A stretch of 64,000 nt of DNA from Malacoraja senta (Eukaryota). Below the pieces are notes generated by a model. That model had not been told where the DNA came from, made no database searches, and worked only from the letters and a program-made list of their open reading frames with translations. The stretch is taken from contig CM075992.1 in the NCBI GenBank assembly GCA_038087875.1, forward strand, positions 11,286,001-11,350,000, read 5' to 3'. Positions 50,096 through 63,803 of the stretch are shown here, piece by piece. Positions within the stretch are counted from its first letter, which is position 1. Every line of letters starts with the position of its first letter. The position numbers and the translations under genes were made by a program.

Positions 50096-53000
50096 ATTTT
50101 ACTTCGGAGTCACGTGAGTGACTACGTGAAGAGCCCATCCAGCACGCATGCGCGACATTAGCGTTCACGCAGTGCAACAGCGACGACCGGGACTACAGGC
50201 GCTCCCGCTACAAGTTTAAACAGCGGACCATCAGGTAAGTCTTACTCTGTGGTCATAATCAGCAAGCTGTGCTCTGCTCTGTATTCCAGGGGAACTGGGA
50301 AAATGAGAAGCACGGCAAAGGAAGAAAACCGCCCCCCCGTTCGACTCCAACAGAACGGAAGTGTTCCATCAGTGGGGGGCGAAAGGCGGCACCTGGACCG
50401 CATATGCTGCGGTCCACCCACATCGAGACCGAGCCGAGCCCAGTACCGCTAGCGCAGCCTGATGAGCGGCAGCGGGCTGGAGGAAAAGTTGAATAAATAA
50501 ATAAATAAATAAATAAAATTTAAACCGGCCGGTTATGTCTGACTCCGATGAGGAGGGTCTGCCTTAGAGCGGCAGAGCTAGCCGCCTGAGCCGAATGAAA
50601 AGGCTCATGGAGCAACTGCTCCAGCGAGACTTGCTGCAGGAGCTAGAGCAGTCTCGCCAGGGGGATCAGGCACTCCCACAGCAGTGCTCTACAATGCACT
50701 GGCCATCGCTTTCCCCCCAAAGCAGGGCAGCGTTGGCGACCAGGGCTGGGCTGGTCAGGAACAGGGGTCATTGGCTGAAGATGTCGGGAGTACGCTTGGG
50801 GTACAGGATCAGGAAGAGCTGCTGGGTGTGGAGATTCGCTACGTGGTTACACCACGAGCAGAGCGGCCATTGGAGCTAAAACTGGCGGCCAGCATCAACC
50901 ACCGGCTGTTAACAGGCAAATCTGGGTGGGGGGGGGACAGAGTATCCGGAACCAGGAGCTAAAATCCTCAAGCTCCTGACGACAGGGATAACAGCCTATG
51001 CTCGTTCCGTGGATGGGGTGGATATGACCACAAACCAGCAAGACACTCTGGCTCTGCTGTGCTACACCCAATATGAGATAAACAACCTCCGCAAGGAGAG
51101 AATAAGACCTGCCCTCAATCCCAGGTTTGCAGGACTGTGTAAAACACCGGCCTCAGAGCCGCAGATCCTGTTATTTGGAAGGACAAGTGAAAGACCTGGA
51201 GGAAGAGTCCAAAGCATTTGGCCTCATGAGGGCAGGCCCCGGAACGAGCAGACCCACACAAAAAACCAGACGGCAGTACCCCACCGCGTCCACCAGTCAA
51301 GGTCAAATTTATGGAACTGGTGAAAGCTCGGGGTCCGCATACTATCCCCGAAAGCCTTTTTAGGCCAGGGCCCAGAGCGGACCCCATGGAAAATGCGCCA
51401 CCCCCAATCAGCAGTACATCAGCAGTACATCCAGCAGTATAACGACGGATGAACAAACGGAAGACAGGAACTCTACCATAACTATGGAGGTAGGTGGGTC
51501 TGGTTCCTACCAGCATGTAAATGGGGAACTGTACTAACAGGAGGTGTCTCACGAATGATAGTTATATACTTAACAGTATTCGGGGATACAAAATAGAGTT
51601 CATTCAAGAAAACATGCCACCAGTTCAGCACGTACCCCAAAGGGTCTTTACCCTCTCAGTCAAAGAGAACTAGAGGCTCAAGCAGAACTGGTGAGGTTAC
51701 TTACAAAGGGTGTCATTGAGAAATCCAAACATGAACCTTTGGAATTTGTCTCAAATATATTTACCAAAAGCAAAAAAGATGGTGGATGTCGCATCATCAC
51801 TGACTTAACCTCACTAAATACCTTTGTTAAGTATGTACATTTCAAAATGGAAACATTTGTAACTGCTAAACATCTGATTTCCAAAGGATACTTTATGGCA
51901 AGCATTGATTTAAAAGATGCCTACTATTCAGTACCCATTCACAAGGGTCATCGCAGTTACCTAAAAATTTACCTGGATGGGGCAACTATGGCAGTATAAA
52001 GTGTTGCCTAATGGGTTGACATCAGCCCTAGACTATTTACCAAGATATTAAAACCAGCCTTGGCAACATTAACGAAACAAAGATATATTGTCATGGCATA
52101 TCTTGATGATATCCTAATAGTAGGCAAAACCATGGAGTTGGCTAAAATCTGCTGTATTAGCTACCAAACAATTGTTTGAAACCCTGGGTTTGTCATACAT
52201 ACAGATAAATCTAAGTTTACGCCATCCACAACTATGGACTATCTGGGATTCACAATTAACTCAATCCACATGTCTGTAACGTTGCCAAAAGGTAAAGCAG
52301 CAGAATTGGCACAGATGTGCAACAATTTAATGGTAAGCAATCGACCAACCATCCGACAAGTGGCAAGAGTAATTGGCAAAATGGTAGCAGCATTTTCAGC
52401 TACACAATTTGAACTCCTGCACTATCAGCACCTACAAAGGGCAAAAGTACAGGCGTTGAAACGACATGCAGGTCACTTTGACAGAACCATGAAACAACCC
52501 ATTGAAGCAATATCAGAGTTACAATGGTGGATATAACATTTGGCATAGTTCCAGCCCTATCATCATCAATAACCCAACGTTAACTATACAAACAGATGCC
52601 AGTGCTCAAGGCTGGGGAGCAACTAATACCATATCCAGCACAGGTGGTAGATGGACTAACCTAGACTCATATTTACTACAAACACTGGGCATAAATTATT
52701 TGGAAATGTTGTGTGCGTTTTATGGTTTTAAAGCATATTCTAGGAATATGCACAACTTGCATGTTCATTTACAAATTGATAATATCACGGTGGTGGCCTA
52801 TATTAACCATATGGGCGGAATAAAGTCGATATCATGTGACAATTGGGTCAACACAATCTGGTAATGGTGGGTCGATAGACATATTTGGCTATCAGCAACT
52901 TACCTACCAGGTAATCTAAATACAGTGCCAGGTCACGCAAATTCAATGATAAACACCGAATGGATGTTAAATCCTAGAGCTTTTGCTAAAATTACAAACC

Positions 53001-54826
53001 AATATGGCACACCAGATATCGATATCTTTGCATCCAGACTAAATCACCACGTACCAATGTATGTCCCTTGGGAACCACACCCTGAGGCAGCAGCGATAGA
53101 TGCATTCGCGCTAAATTGGGGGACCTATTTCTTCTATGCTTGTCCCCCCTTCTGCCTTAATCTGTAGGGTACTACGCAAAATACAGATGGACTCTGGTTC
53201 AGGTATTTTGATAGTACCAACTGGCCTACACAGCCATGGTTCCCAGTGGTACTCGACATGGTCATCGAAACTCCTATGACCTTTCCCAGTAGCCCAGACC
53301 TATTGACGCACCCTGTATCAGGCATAAGTAATCCATGCCATGACAAAATTAACCTACTGGGTTGCAGATTATCAAAAGACCACTGCTGGGACTGGGGTGT
53401 CTGACAGGACCATCAACATGATGACACCGTATGTCCAACAGGAAACAATACCTATCGAGCATCAGGAAGTGGGAAAGATACTGCTCGGCTACTGGGACAA
53501 CGTAGTCATCTGCAACCATAACCAATGTACTGGAGTTCCTGGGGGGGGCCTTCACCATAATGAAGGATTGAGCTACAGCGCCATCAATACTGCCAGAAGT
53601 GCGCTGTCACCTACTTAAAACAGGTGCCAGGACAAACAGGCCATAGGGTCTCAACCGCTGGTGATCAAACTCATGAGGAGTATCGTCAACTCCAACCCTC
53701 TTAGACCTAGGTATACCCAAATCTGGGATGTCAGTGTGGTCCTGACATACCTAAGGGGATGGTCCCCAGCCAGGTCACACCCTGGAAAAGCTAACCCTGA
53801 AAACGGTCATGCTGATGCCACTAGTCTCAGCACAAAGTGTCCAGTCCCTCCACTTACTGCGACTGGACAACATGGTTATAACACCAGACCGGGTCTCATT
53901 CACCATTCAGGAGCTGCTAAAGCAGAGCAAGCCAGGAACTTGAGTCATAGTTATGGATTTCCGGGCATACTCACCAGACCTACGGTTGTATGTCATGACT
54001 CACTTATTCACTTACATCAACACAAGAGATTCTCGAGGGTGAAAGAAAAAAAAAAAAAAAAAAAAAAAAAAGCCTTATGGGTCAGCCACAAGAAAACCTC
54101 ATGGTTGGGTGTCGAGCCAAACCATCTCGAGATGGCTCAAGCAGGTACTGGGAGCTGCTGGAGTAGATACTGATGTATATACATCTCACTCCACCAGGGC
54201 AGCATCCACATCGGCGGCTAAAAGAATGAACATGGAGAAAACGTTCCAAACGTTCTACCACAAGCCGCTAGCAGAACCTGTGTTATTTGCAGAAAGAGTT
54301 TTAAAATCTGCAAAAATATATAATTTAAGCCCGGGGGAGCATTTTGTCTTTTGTTATTGTTTAATAGATACCATTATTGTTTACAAACAGATTATGGTTG
54401 ATTACGATAACATACTTCCTCCCTTGAATGACTTCGGCAGCGAGTGAAGTATGAACTGTTACACGGTTTGAAATCACAGAGCTTTAAAATCTTCACGTAG
54501 TCACTCACGTGACTCCGAAGTAAAATAGTAAGATTAAACGAGAACTTACCAGTTTGAAGTTTGATCTGTATTTTATGAGGAGTTACGATGAGGGATTACG
54601 TGCCCTCCGCTCCCACCCTCAATTATAGAGATCAACTGGTATCTTAGTTCTCCTTTTCTTTACTATGTTTATTTCAATTATTGTGTTTCCTGTGATTCCA
54701 CACCGCTGCTTTGAAGAATGTCGCGCATGTGTGCTGGACGGGCTCTTCACGTAATCCCTCATCGTAACTCCTCATAAAATACAGATCAAACTTCAAACTG
54801 GTAAGTTCTCGTTTAATCTTACTATT
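50096..54826 (+). mobile_element. DIRS1-type retrotransposon, copy 2 (structurally complete, ORFs disabled)
   Basis: Left ITR from 50096, ICR 54490-54602, right ITR 54717-54753 plus 3' extension to 54826; gag, RT/RNH/MT and YR (HSTR) pieces. Confidence 0.95.
54490..54602 (+). repeat. DIRS internal complementary region (ICR) of copy 2
   Basis: Exact reverse complement of the 5' terminus joined to the reverse complement of the 3' terminus. Confidence 0.93.
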
Positions 54827-57800
54827 TTACTTCGGAGTCACGTGAGTGACTACGTGAAGAAACCGCTCAGTGCGCAGGCGCGGCATTACGCCAGCAGTGC
54901 AACAGCGGCGGCAGCTGGAGGAAGGCGCTCCGGCTGCATTTTTAAAAAAACGGACCGTTGGGTGAGTATATTCAACTAGTTTAACGGAGAAAGAGAATGT
55001 GGGTTTTCTTAGCAAGTAAGTACACTCACGAGAAGACTCTCCAACAGAACTGCCCCAGCTCAACTCCACCAGAGGAGCGTTTAATCTCAGGGGGGCAGCA
55101 ACAGGCGGCAGGACCGCTCATAGGGCGCTCCGCTATCCCCGAGACCGAGCCGAGCCGAGTCCCGCTAATGCCTGCACAGCGAACAGGGAGCAAAGCCATG
55201 AGAGCAACCGGCCGGTAATGTCTGATTCGTCGGATGGGGACATGTCTCCACCTACACGGAGGTGAGACAGCCGCCAGAGCTTACAACAGCTCTTGGAGCA
55301 GATGCTCCAGCGAGCTACGCAGAAGGAGCGTTCTCGCGGAGGTAGGTCAGGCACCTCCTCCACAGTGTCTTGTGCACTGCCCTCTGCTCCCTCATTACTG
55401 GAGGCTAGAATTGGTGACCAGGGTTGGGCTGGTCTGGAACAGGGGCTGGCAGAAGAATTCGGCAGTATGCAAGGGGTGCAGGAGCAGGAAGAGCTGCTGG
55501 GTGTCATGGACCGCTATGTAGCAACCCCACGTGCTGGAAGACCGCTGGAACCAAAAATGGTGGCCAGCATCAATCATCTGTCAAATAAGCCCTTGCAGGA
55601 GAAGGTACTTCTTGAGGCGCTTGAATTTTACACAGCACCAGAGAACTGTGAGGCCTCAGAGTGAAGACTGTGTACAGCCAGATCTGGGGTCACGTGGGGT
55701 CAAACATGTGTAACCATGAAATCAAGCTACAGCGGATCCTAAGGCTCCTGACGTCGGCCATTACAGCCTTTGCTCGTTCTGTTCAAAGTACGGAGATGAA
55801 TACGTGCCAGCAGGATGTGCTGGCACTGATGTGCAACACAATTTGAGATACACAATCTCCGGCGGGGAAACATAAGACCTGCCCTCAATCCCAAATTTGC
55901 TGGATTGTGCAGAGCCCCAGCTGCAGAGACGGACACTCTGTTATTTGGGAAAGACCTCAACAAAAAACTGAGGGACATGGAGGAAGCAGCGACATCTTTC
56001 GGCCTCATGAGGGCAGGCCCTGGGACGAGCAAACCAAGAGCTACAATACCCAAGCGGCAGCACCCCATGGCATCCACCAGTCGACGTCCTCAATATGGGA
56101 CTGGTGAAAGCTCGGGGACCGCATTTTATCCCCAAAGATCTTTTTTAGATCAGGGCCCACAGCGGACCCCATGGAAAATGCGCCACCCCCCAACATCGCC
56201 AGCACGTCAGACAAGCAAAACCTACAAAAACATCAGGAAACAAAAGAAACACCAATAACCATGGAGGTAGGTGGGTCTGGTTCCTGCCAGCATATAGAGA
56301 ATAAGGGTGCTTTACTAACAGAGGGGAGATTACACTGGTTTAAAGAAGCATGGGTTACTGTCACGTGTGACAAGTATATACTCAACAGCATTAGTGGAGA
56401 GGTCATCCAAAAGACCAAACATGAACCTTTGGAATTTGTATCAAATAAAACCCAAAAAGATGGTGGATGTCGCATCATCATTGACTTAACATCACTAAAT
56501 AAGTTTGTTGAGTATATACATTTCAAAATGGAGACAGCTGTTACTGCCAAACAACTGATTTCCAAAGGATACTTCATGGCAAGCATTGATCTGAAAGATG
56601 CTTACTATCTAATACCCATACACAAGGATCATTGCAGATACCTACAATTTATCTGGTTGGGGCAGCTGAGGCAGTACAAAGCATTGCCCAATGTGCTAAC
56701 TTCAGCCCCAAGATTATTCATCAAAATATTGAAAATAGCCATGGCAAGACTAAGAAACAAACACATATTGTCATGGCATACCTGGATGATATTCAGATAG
56801 TAGGGAAAACGATGGAATTGGCTGTGGCAGCAGTATCAGCTACAAAACAGCTCCTCAAAACTCTGGGGTTCGTCCTACATCCAGATAAATCTAAGTTGAA
56901 GCCATCCACTATTATGGACTACCTGGGCTTCACAATTAACTCAGTCCATATGACTGTTACCTTGCCAAAAGGAAAATAAAAATAAATAAATAAATAAATT
57001 AATTAATTTTAAAACATTTTTTTTTTAAATGGTTGCATTAGCACAATCATGCAACTATTTAATGGTCAACAAACGACCAACTATTCGACAAGTCCCAAGA
57101 GTGATTGGGAAAATGGTAGCAGCATTTCCAGCTACACAATGCGGACCTTTGCACTATCAAAATTTACAAACGGCAAAGGTACAGGCACTAAAACGACATA
57201 CAGGTCACGATGTTCGTGTCATGTAATTACCCACTGAAGCAATATCAGCTACAGTGGTGGGCAGAAAATGTTTGGCATAGTTTCAGCTCTATCATCATCA
57301 CTAACCTTACTTTAGTTCTTCAAACAGATGCCAGTGCTCAAGGCTGGGGAGCAACTAACTCCATATCCAGCACAGGTGGTAGATGGACTAACCTAGAGTC
57401 ATCATTACTACTGACACTGGGCATTAACTATCTAGAGATGTTGGGCGCCTTTTATGGGTTAAAAGCATATGTATCTAATATGCAGCACTTGCATGTTCGG
57501 TTACAGATTGATAATACTATGGTGGTGGCTTATATTAACCATATGGGCGGCATAAGATCATTATCATGCGACAAATTGGTCAACGTGATTTGGCTATGGT
57601 GTGTCGAAAGACATATTTGGCTATCAGCTACTTATCTACCAGGTAAGCTAAACACAGTGGCAGACACCAGGTCACGCAAATTCAATGATAACATCGAATG
57701 GATGTTAAACCCTAAAGTATTTGCTAAAGTTATTAAGCAGTATGGAACGCCAGGTATCGATGTATTTGCATCAAGACGAAATCACCAGTTACCTATATAT

Positions 57801-59589
57801 GTCACTTGGGAACCAGACCCAGAGGCAGCAGCGATACATGCCATCACGCTGGATTGGGGAAATGTCTTCTTCTATGCTTTCCCTCCCTTCTGCCTCATCA
57901 GTCGGGTACTTCGCAAAATACAGATGGACTCTGCTTCTGGAATTTTGATGGTGCCCGACTGGCCTACACAGCCATGGTTCCCGGTTCTACATGACATGGT
58001 GGTTGAGTCACCAATGGTCTTTCCCAGTGATCCAGGATTATTAACTCACCCAGTATCAGGCATAAGCCACCCATGCCATGAGAAAAATTAAACTCCTGGG
58101 TTGCAGGCTTTGAATAGATCTTACCTGGAACAGGGATTGTCCGAACGAACCATCACCACCATGTCGGCATCACTTTGAACATCCACCAAGAGGCAGTACT
58201 GAATCAGCATAAGAAAATGGGAGAAGTACTGCCAGGAAACAGGGACAACGTATGCAACAGCCACAGCCACCAACGTACTGGAATTCCTGGCCCATCTACA
58301 CCATGATGAAGGGATCAGTTACAGTGCCATCAACACAACGCGAAGTGCTCTTTCTGCTTATCTCAAACCAGCAGGACAACAGGCAATGGGATCCCATCCA
58401 CTGGTGGTAAAACTGATGAAGGGCATTTATGATATCAAGCCCCTAAACCCAGGTATACCCATATTTGGGATATCAGTGTGGTCCTGACATACCTCAGGGA
58501 ATGGCCACCAGCCAGATCCCTCAGCCTTGAGCAATCTACACTAAAGACGCTCATGTTGATGGCACTCGTATCCGCTCAGAGGGTCCAGTCACTACACAAG
58601 TTAAGGCTGGACAACATGGTGACCACCCCAGATCAGATCACATTCATCATACAGGGTCTGGTGAAGCAAAGCAGGCCAGGAACAGCTAATCCACTGGTGG
58701 TATTCCGGGCCTACCCACAAGAGCCACGGTTGTGTGTCATGAACCATCTACAACATTACATAGACACAACCCACAATATCAGAGGGAGTGAAAAAGCCTT
58801 ATGGGTCAGCCACAAGTAACCTCATGGCCGGGTAATGAGCCAAACCATTTCAAAATGGCTCAAACAGGTACTGAAGGCTGCCGGAATAGATACTAATACA
58901 TTTAAATCTCATTCCACTAGGGCAGCATCTACATCAACGGCCGACAGAATGGACGTACCGGTTGACCATATTCTGAATACAGCAGGATGGTCGAGGGAAA
59001 CGACATTCAGAACTTTTATAATAAGCCGTTGATAAAACCTGATTTATTTGCAGAGAAAATATTACAAGCTGCAAATATATAATTTAAGCCCGGGGGAGCA
59101 CTTTAATTTTGTTATTGTTAATAAATACCTTTTTTGTTTCTTGAGAAACAGATTCATTGGTTGATTACGATAACAGTTCCTCCCTCAAGAACTTTCGGCA
59201 GTGAGTGAAATAAAACTGTTACACGGTTTGAAATCACAGAGCTTTAAAATCTTCACGTAGTCACTCACGTGACTCCGAAGTAAAATAGTAAGATTAAACG
59301 AGAACTTACCAGTTTGAAGTTTGATCTGTATTTTATGAGGAGTTACGATGAGGGATTACGTGCCCTCCGCTCCCACCCTCATTATATGGATCAAACTAAT
59401 AAATTGATGTCTCCTTTTCTTTACTATGTTTACTTCAAATACTTGTGTCTATCTGTGATTCCACACCGCTGCTTGGAAGTATGCCGCGCCTGCGCACTGA
59501 GCGGGTTCTTCACGTAATCCCTCATCGTAACTCCTCATAAAATACAGATCCAACTTCAAACTGGTAAGTTCTCGTTTAATCTTACTATT
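54824..59589 (+). mobile_element. DIRS1-type retrotransposon, copy 3 (structurally complete, ORFs disabled)
   Basis: Own ITR pair (54851-54886 vs 59481-59516), ICR 59250-59362; RT, RNH+MT ORF 57210-58091, YR with HSTR..AGWS..TF. Confidence 0.95.
59250..59362 (+). repeat. DIRS ICR of copy 3
   Basis: Same sequence as the copy 2 ICR. Confidence 0.93.
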
Positions 59590-61144
59590 ATATTGTATAC
59601 AATACCGTGGGGCCGATCTTCACAACCACTCACTCGAGCCTAATACAGCCTCGTGCAAACAAAAACAGACTAAAGACAATTGGCAAACCCCCATGAACTA
59701 CCGACCCCTTTATACCCCTCCAAACTAGAGGCACAAAAGTACTTGGGGAGGCAACCCCTACAAACCAATTACCGATACCGGCTGCAAAATACATAGAATG
59801 ACAACTCTTTGGCCCAATCATATAACAGTACATAACATAGTTTCAACACATAACACTTGGGGAGAAACATTCCCATTAAGTAAAGAAACATTACCATTAG
59901 ATAAAGAAACATCATTGGTGAGGCCATTCTTCTGGACCAATCACAAGTACCGGCGGGAAGGTACCAAAACATAGTTGAGACATAACATCTCCCCAACCAA
60001 CCACACGCATGCCTTTAGCATCAGGACATTGCAGAATCCCAGACATTGTGGCAACATTGTGGGTCACAAGGGCAGAAACCTTCTGCAGCCCCTTCCCAGG
60101 CTTCAGACTTCCTGGAGCCATCTATGTCACATGGGTCTCCAGCTCCCTGCAAGTGATGTCACCCTCAGTGAAGCAGGTTTCACAGACAACTGCCATTTTC
60201 CCAAGTACCCAAACCCATGCATATTCACACTTGTACATCAGTCTATGAAAGTAAGCATGCAGGTACAGCAGGCAGTGAAGAAAGCGAATGGCATATTGGC
60301 CTTCATAACAAGAGTAGTTGAGTATAGGAGCAAAGATGTCCTTCTACAGTTGTACAGGGCCCTTGTCAGCAGTTTTGGTGCTCGAAATTTGAGGGACATT
60401 CTTGCTTTTGAGGGAGTGCAGCGTAGGTTCACGAGGTTAATTCCCGGGATGGCGGGACAGTCATATGCTGAAAGAATGGAGCGGCTGGGCTTGTATACTC
60501 TGTAATGTTGAAGGATGAGAGTAGATCTTATTGAAACATATAAGATTATTAAGGGTTTGTACACGCGAGAGGCAGGAAACATGTTCCCGATGTTGGGGGA
60601 GTCTAGAACCAGGGGCCACAGTTGAGAATAAGAGGTAGGCCATTTAGAAAGGAGATGAGGAAAAACTTTTTCACGCAGAGAGTTGTGAATCTGTGGAATT
60701 CTCTGCCAATTCTCTGAATGCTTTCAAGAGAGAGTTAGATAGACCTCGAAGATAGCGGAGTCAAGGGATATGGCGAGAAGGCAGGAACGGGGTACTGATT
60801 GTGGATGATCAGCCATGATCACAGTGAATGGCAGTGCTGGCTATCGATACCGTCCCATCAACAGCCATTAACCCACACTGGGGCATTTTACAGCTGCTGA
60901 TTAACATCCCAGCAAGTTTCAGCGATGTGGGAGAAACTGGAGCACCCGGGGAAACCCAGTCACGGGGGAGAACATGCAAACTCCACACTGATAGCACCGG
61001 AAATCAGTATTGTTACACCGGTGCTGGGAGAGTGGGAATGAGCAGGAAACTGTGGCCCAGAATATGAAATGGAGCATGAGATCCGGGGTCCCAGCAACTG
61101 AGAGGGAGGGAGCTCTGGGAAAGGAGGTGCCGGCAAATGGCATG

Positions 61145-61540
61145 GAGCTCTGGAGCGGGGGTCTCAGTGAGTGGGAGCTCTGGGAATGGGGGTCTCAGTC
61201 AGTGGGGGCTCTGGGAACGGGGGTCTCCGTGAGTGTGGGACTGGGAACGGGGGTCTCAGTGAGTGTGGGACTGGGAGCAGGGGTCTCAGTGAGTGGGGGG
61301 AGGGGGCTCTGGGAATAGGGGTCTCGGTCAGTGGGGGCTCTGGGAACGGGGGTCTCGGTCAGTGGGGGCTCTGGGAACGGGGGTCTCCGTGAGTATGGGA
61401 CTGGGAACGGGAGTCTCAGTGAGTGGGGGGAGGGGGCTCTGGGAATGGGGGTCTCGGTGAGTGGGTATGGGAACGGGGGTCTCGGTCAGTGGGGGGAGGG
61501 GAGTCTGGGAATGGGCATCTCGGTGAGTGGGGGGGGGAGG
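61145..61540 (+). repeat. ~30-bp G-rich minisatellite (GGGGGTCTCAGTGAGTGGGGGCTCTGGGAAC)
   Basis: About a dozen degenerate units; only a few units in the paralogous copies (28640-28700, 33920-34025). Confidence 0.8.
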
Positions 61541-63112
61541 TCAGCTATCAACATCTGCAGAGCCAACGTGGGGATTTCCAACTGGGACAGCAGACAATGG
61601 GAGTTTCTTGAACTCCATTCATTGTGGAGTTCCACACTTCCCTTCCGCTGCCCTGGGGTCCACACAAGCTCTCCGTGCTCCACGTGTGGTCTTTCATTGT
61701 AAATAGTGGAATAAACGGCATCAACACAATTTAACATCCACTTACCGCACCAAGTAGGAGGCCATTCCAGCCATCGTGCCCATGATAGCTCACAGGGGAG
61801 CAATCCCGTCAGTCCCAATCCTCAGCTCCTTATTTCCCCTTTAGCCCTGCAACTTATCCACTCTCTCTCTCTCTGATCCTATCCACTACCCTTTGGTGTT
61901 TGTGTCACTTTCCTGCACTAGGACTGGTTTACAGAAGACTATTAACCCATGAGCGTATGGGTGTGGGAGGAAATCAGAGTCTAATGCTGATAGGTGCGAA
62001 TGGTGCATTTTGGCATGTTACAGTTGTGCAGCGTATTGGTGAGGCTGCACTTGAAGTAGGATGTTCACTTATTGTCACCCTGCTAGAGGAAGGATGCCAT
62101 TAAGCTGGAGAGAGTGCAAAGAAGATTTAGGAGGATTTAGGAAGTCAAGGGGCTGAGCTATTGGGAGAGGTTTGGCCAGATAGGTCTTTATTCCTTGGAG
62201 CACAAGAGGCTGAGGGATGATAATATAAATGTGTTTAAAATCATGAGGGGAATAGATAAGGTGAATTCACAGTGTCATTTACCCAGGGGACATAACTGTA
62301 AGGTGTGAGAGGCAAGATTTAATATGAAGCTGAGGAGCAACATATTCACTCAGCGCTGCTGGGTAAATGGAATAAGTTGCCAGGGGAGGTGGTTGAGGCC
62401 GGCACGATAACATCATGTAAAAGACACTTGGACAGATACATTGATAGGAATTGTTTCAAGAGATGTGGGCCAAACGCAAGCAAATGGAACTAGCTTAGAT
62501 GCAACATCTTGGTCAGCACGGGTCAGGTGGGCCGAAGGGCCTGTTTCCGTGTTGTCGGCTCTATGGGTCATTGAGACCACACAGGGTTTGGAGTTGAAGT
62601 AGTGGTACAAGTGGACAGGGTGCTGGTGGGGCCAAACCTGGTTACTGGGGACAGTTTTGGTTCCTCTATTAAAGCAATGATATACCGGCAGTCCAGAGAG
62701 ATTCACTTGATTCATTCTTGATGGGAGAATTCAGGCATCAGGAGTGGCTGATGATATTTGGTCTCCAGTCTGTGGAGTTGAGAATGAGGGGTGATCTTAT
62801 TATAAAGCATGATCCTGAGGGGGGGTGAGAGGGTAAATGTGAAGAGAAGGGTGAAAACGATTCACAAGGATGTTGCCTGGATTGGCCAGCTTGAATTATA
62901 AAGTGAGATTAGACAGGGTCTGTATTCCCTGGAGCAAAGGTGGCTGAGAAATAACTGTAATATAGTTATATAAAATTATGAAAGGCACAGACAGTCGATG
63001 GCCATTTCCCACCGTACGGGTGTCCAAGATCAAAGTGTATCAGTTGAAGATGGGAAGAGAGTAGTTGAAGGAGATCAGAGTGGTCATTTGTCCACACAAC
63101 GTGTTGTTGGTA

Positions 63113-63339
63113 ATAATAATAATAATGGATGGGATTTATATAGCGCCTTTCTAATACTCAAGGCGCTTTACATCGCATTATTCATTCACTCCTCAGTCAC
63201 ACTCGGTGGTGGTGAGCTACTTCTGTAGCCACAGCTGCCCTGGGGCAGACTGACGGAAGCGTGGCTGCTAATCTGCGCCTACGGCCCCTCCGACCACCAC
63301 CAATCACTCACACACATTCACACACATTCACACGCAGGC
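63113..63339 (-). mobile_element. SINE fragment with L2-type 3' tail, absent from the paralog
   Basis: TGTAAAGCGCCTTGAG..AAAGGCGCTATATAAAT plus (TTA)n; TSD TGGTA at 63108-63112 and 63340-63344; empty site at ~25060. Confidence 0.75.
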
Positions 63340-63803
63340 TGGTAGATGCTAGATGAGGTGGTGGAGGCAGGAACAGTAACAATCTTTAAGAGGCATCCTG
63401 ATAGGTATTTGAACGAACAGGGCACAGAGGGATAGGCAATTAATGTTGGGAAGTTGTATTAGTGACACTCAGTGTGATGGCCGGTATAAGTGAGGTGGAC
63501 CAGGGTGCCTGTTTCTGTGCCGGAGATCTCTATAACCATGTGCAGAGGCAGAGGCTCCAATGAGGGGACATAGTTACCAGATAAGAGAGTGGTCATTTAA
63601 AACTGCACAGGAGCTTCCTCTCACAGAGGTCAGTGAATCGCTGGAATTCTCTACTCCGGAGGATGGTGGACACTAGATCATTTGAAGTATTTGAGGAGGA
63701 TTCAGATGATGTTTTAACACACAGCCAATACATAATCAACATCCAGTAACTGTACACAGTGCACAGTGCACCCCCCACCACACTCTTGGCAATAACTACT
63801 CAC

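Larger units (their letters stand above)
50018..60229 (-). mobile_element. Solo LTR (~720 bp: 50018-50095 plus 59590-60229) split by the DIRS dimer
   Basis: TG...CA termini, 4-bp TSD CTTA/CTTG (50014-50017, 60230-60233), TATAAA on the minus strand at 59709-59714. Confidence 0.78.
49695..60840 (+). mobile_element. CR1 3' region (49695-50017 plus 60230-60840) split by the LTR/DIRS nest
   Basis: WADAWQVEFNVDKC...GATCTGGGTGTCCTT|CTTGTACATCAGTC continues across the insertion. Confidence 0.85.

Noticed and set aside
59975..60505. 176-aa ORF
   Set aside because: Antisense LTR sequence reading into a CR1 fragment
61019..61114. Possible extra 96-bp phase 1-1 exon (ELPPSQLLGPRISCS...) in the first coding intron
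   Set aside because: Weak donor (GTGTAA), an 8-bp frameshifting difference in the paralog at ~34145, and it would split the signal peptide
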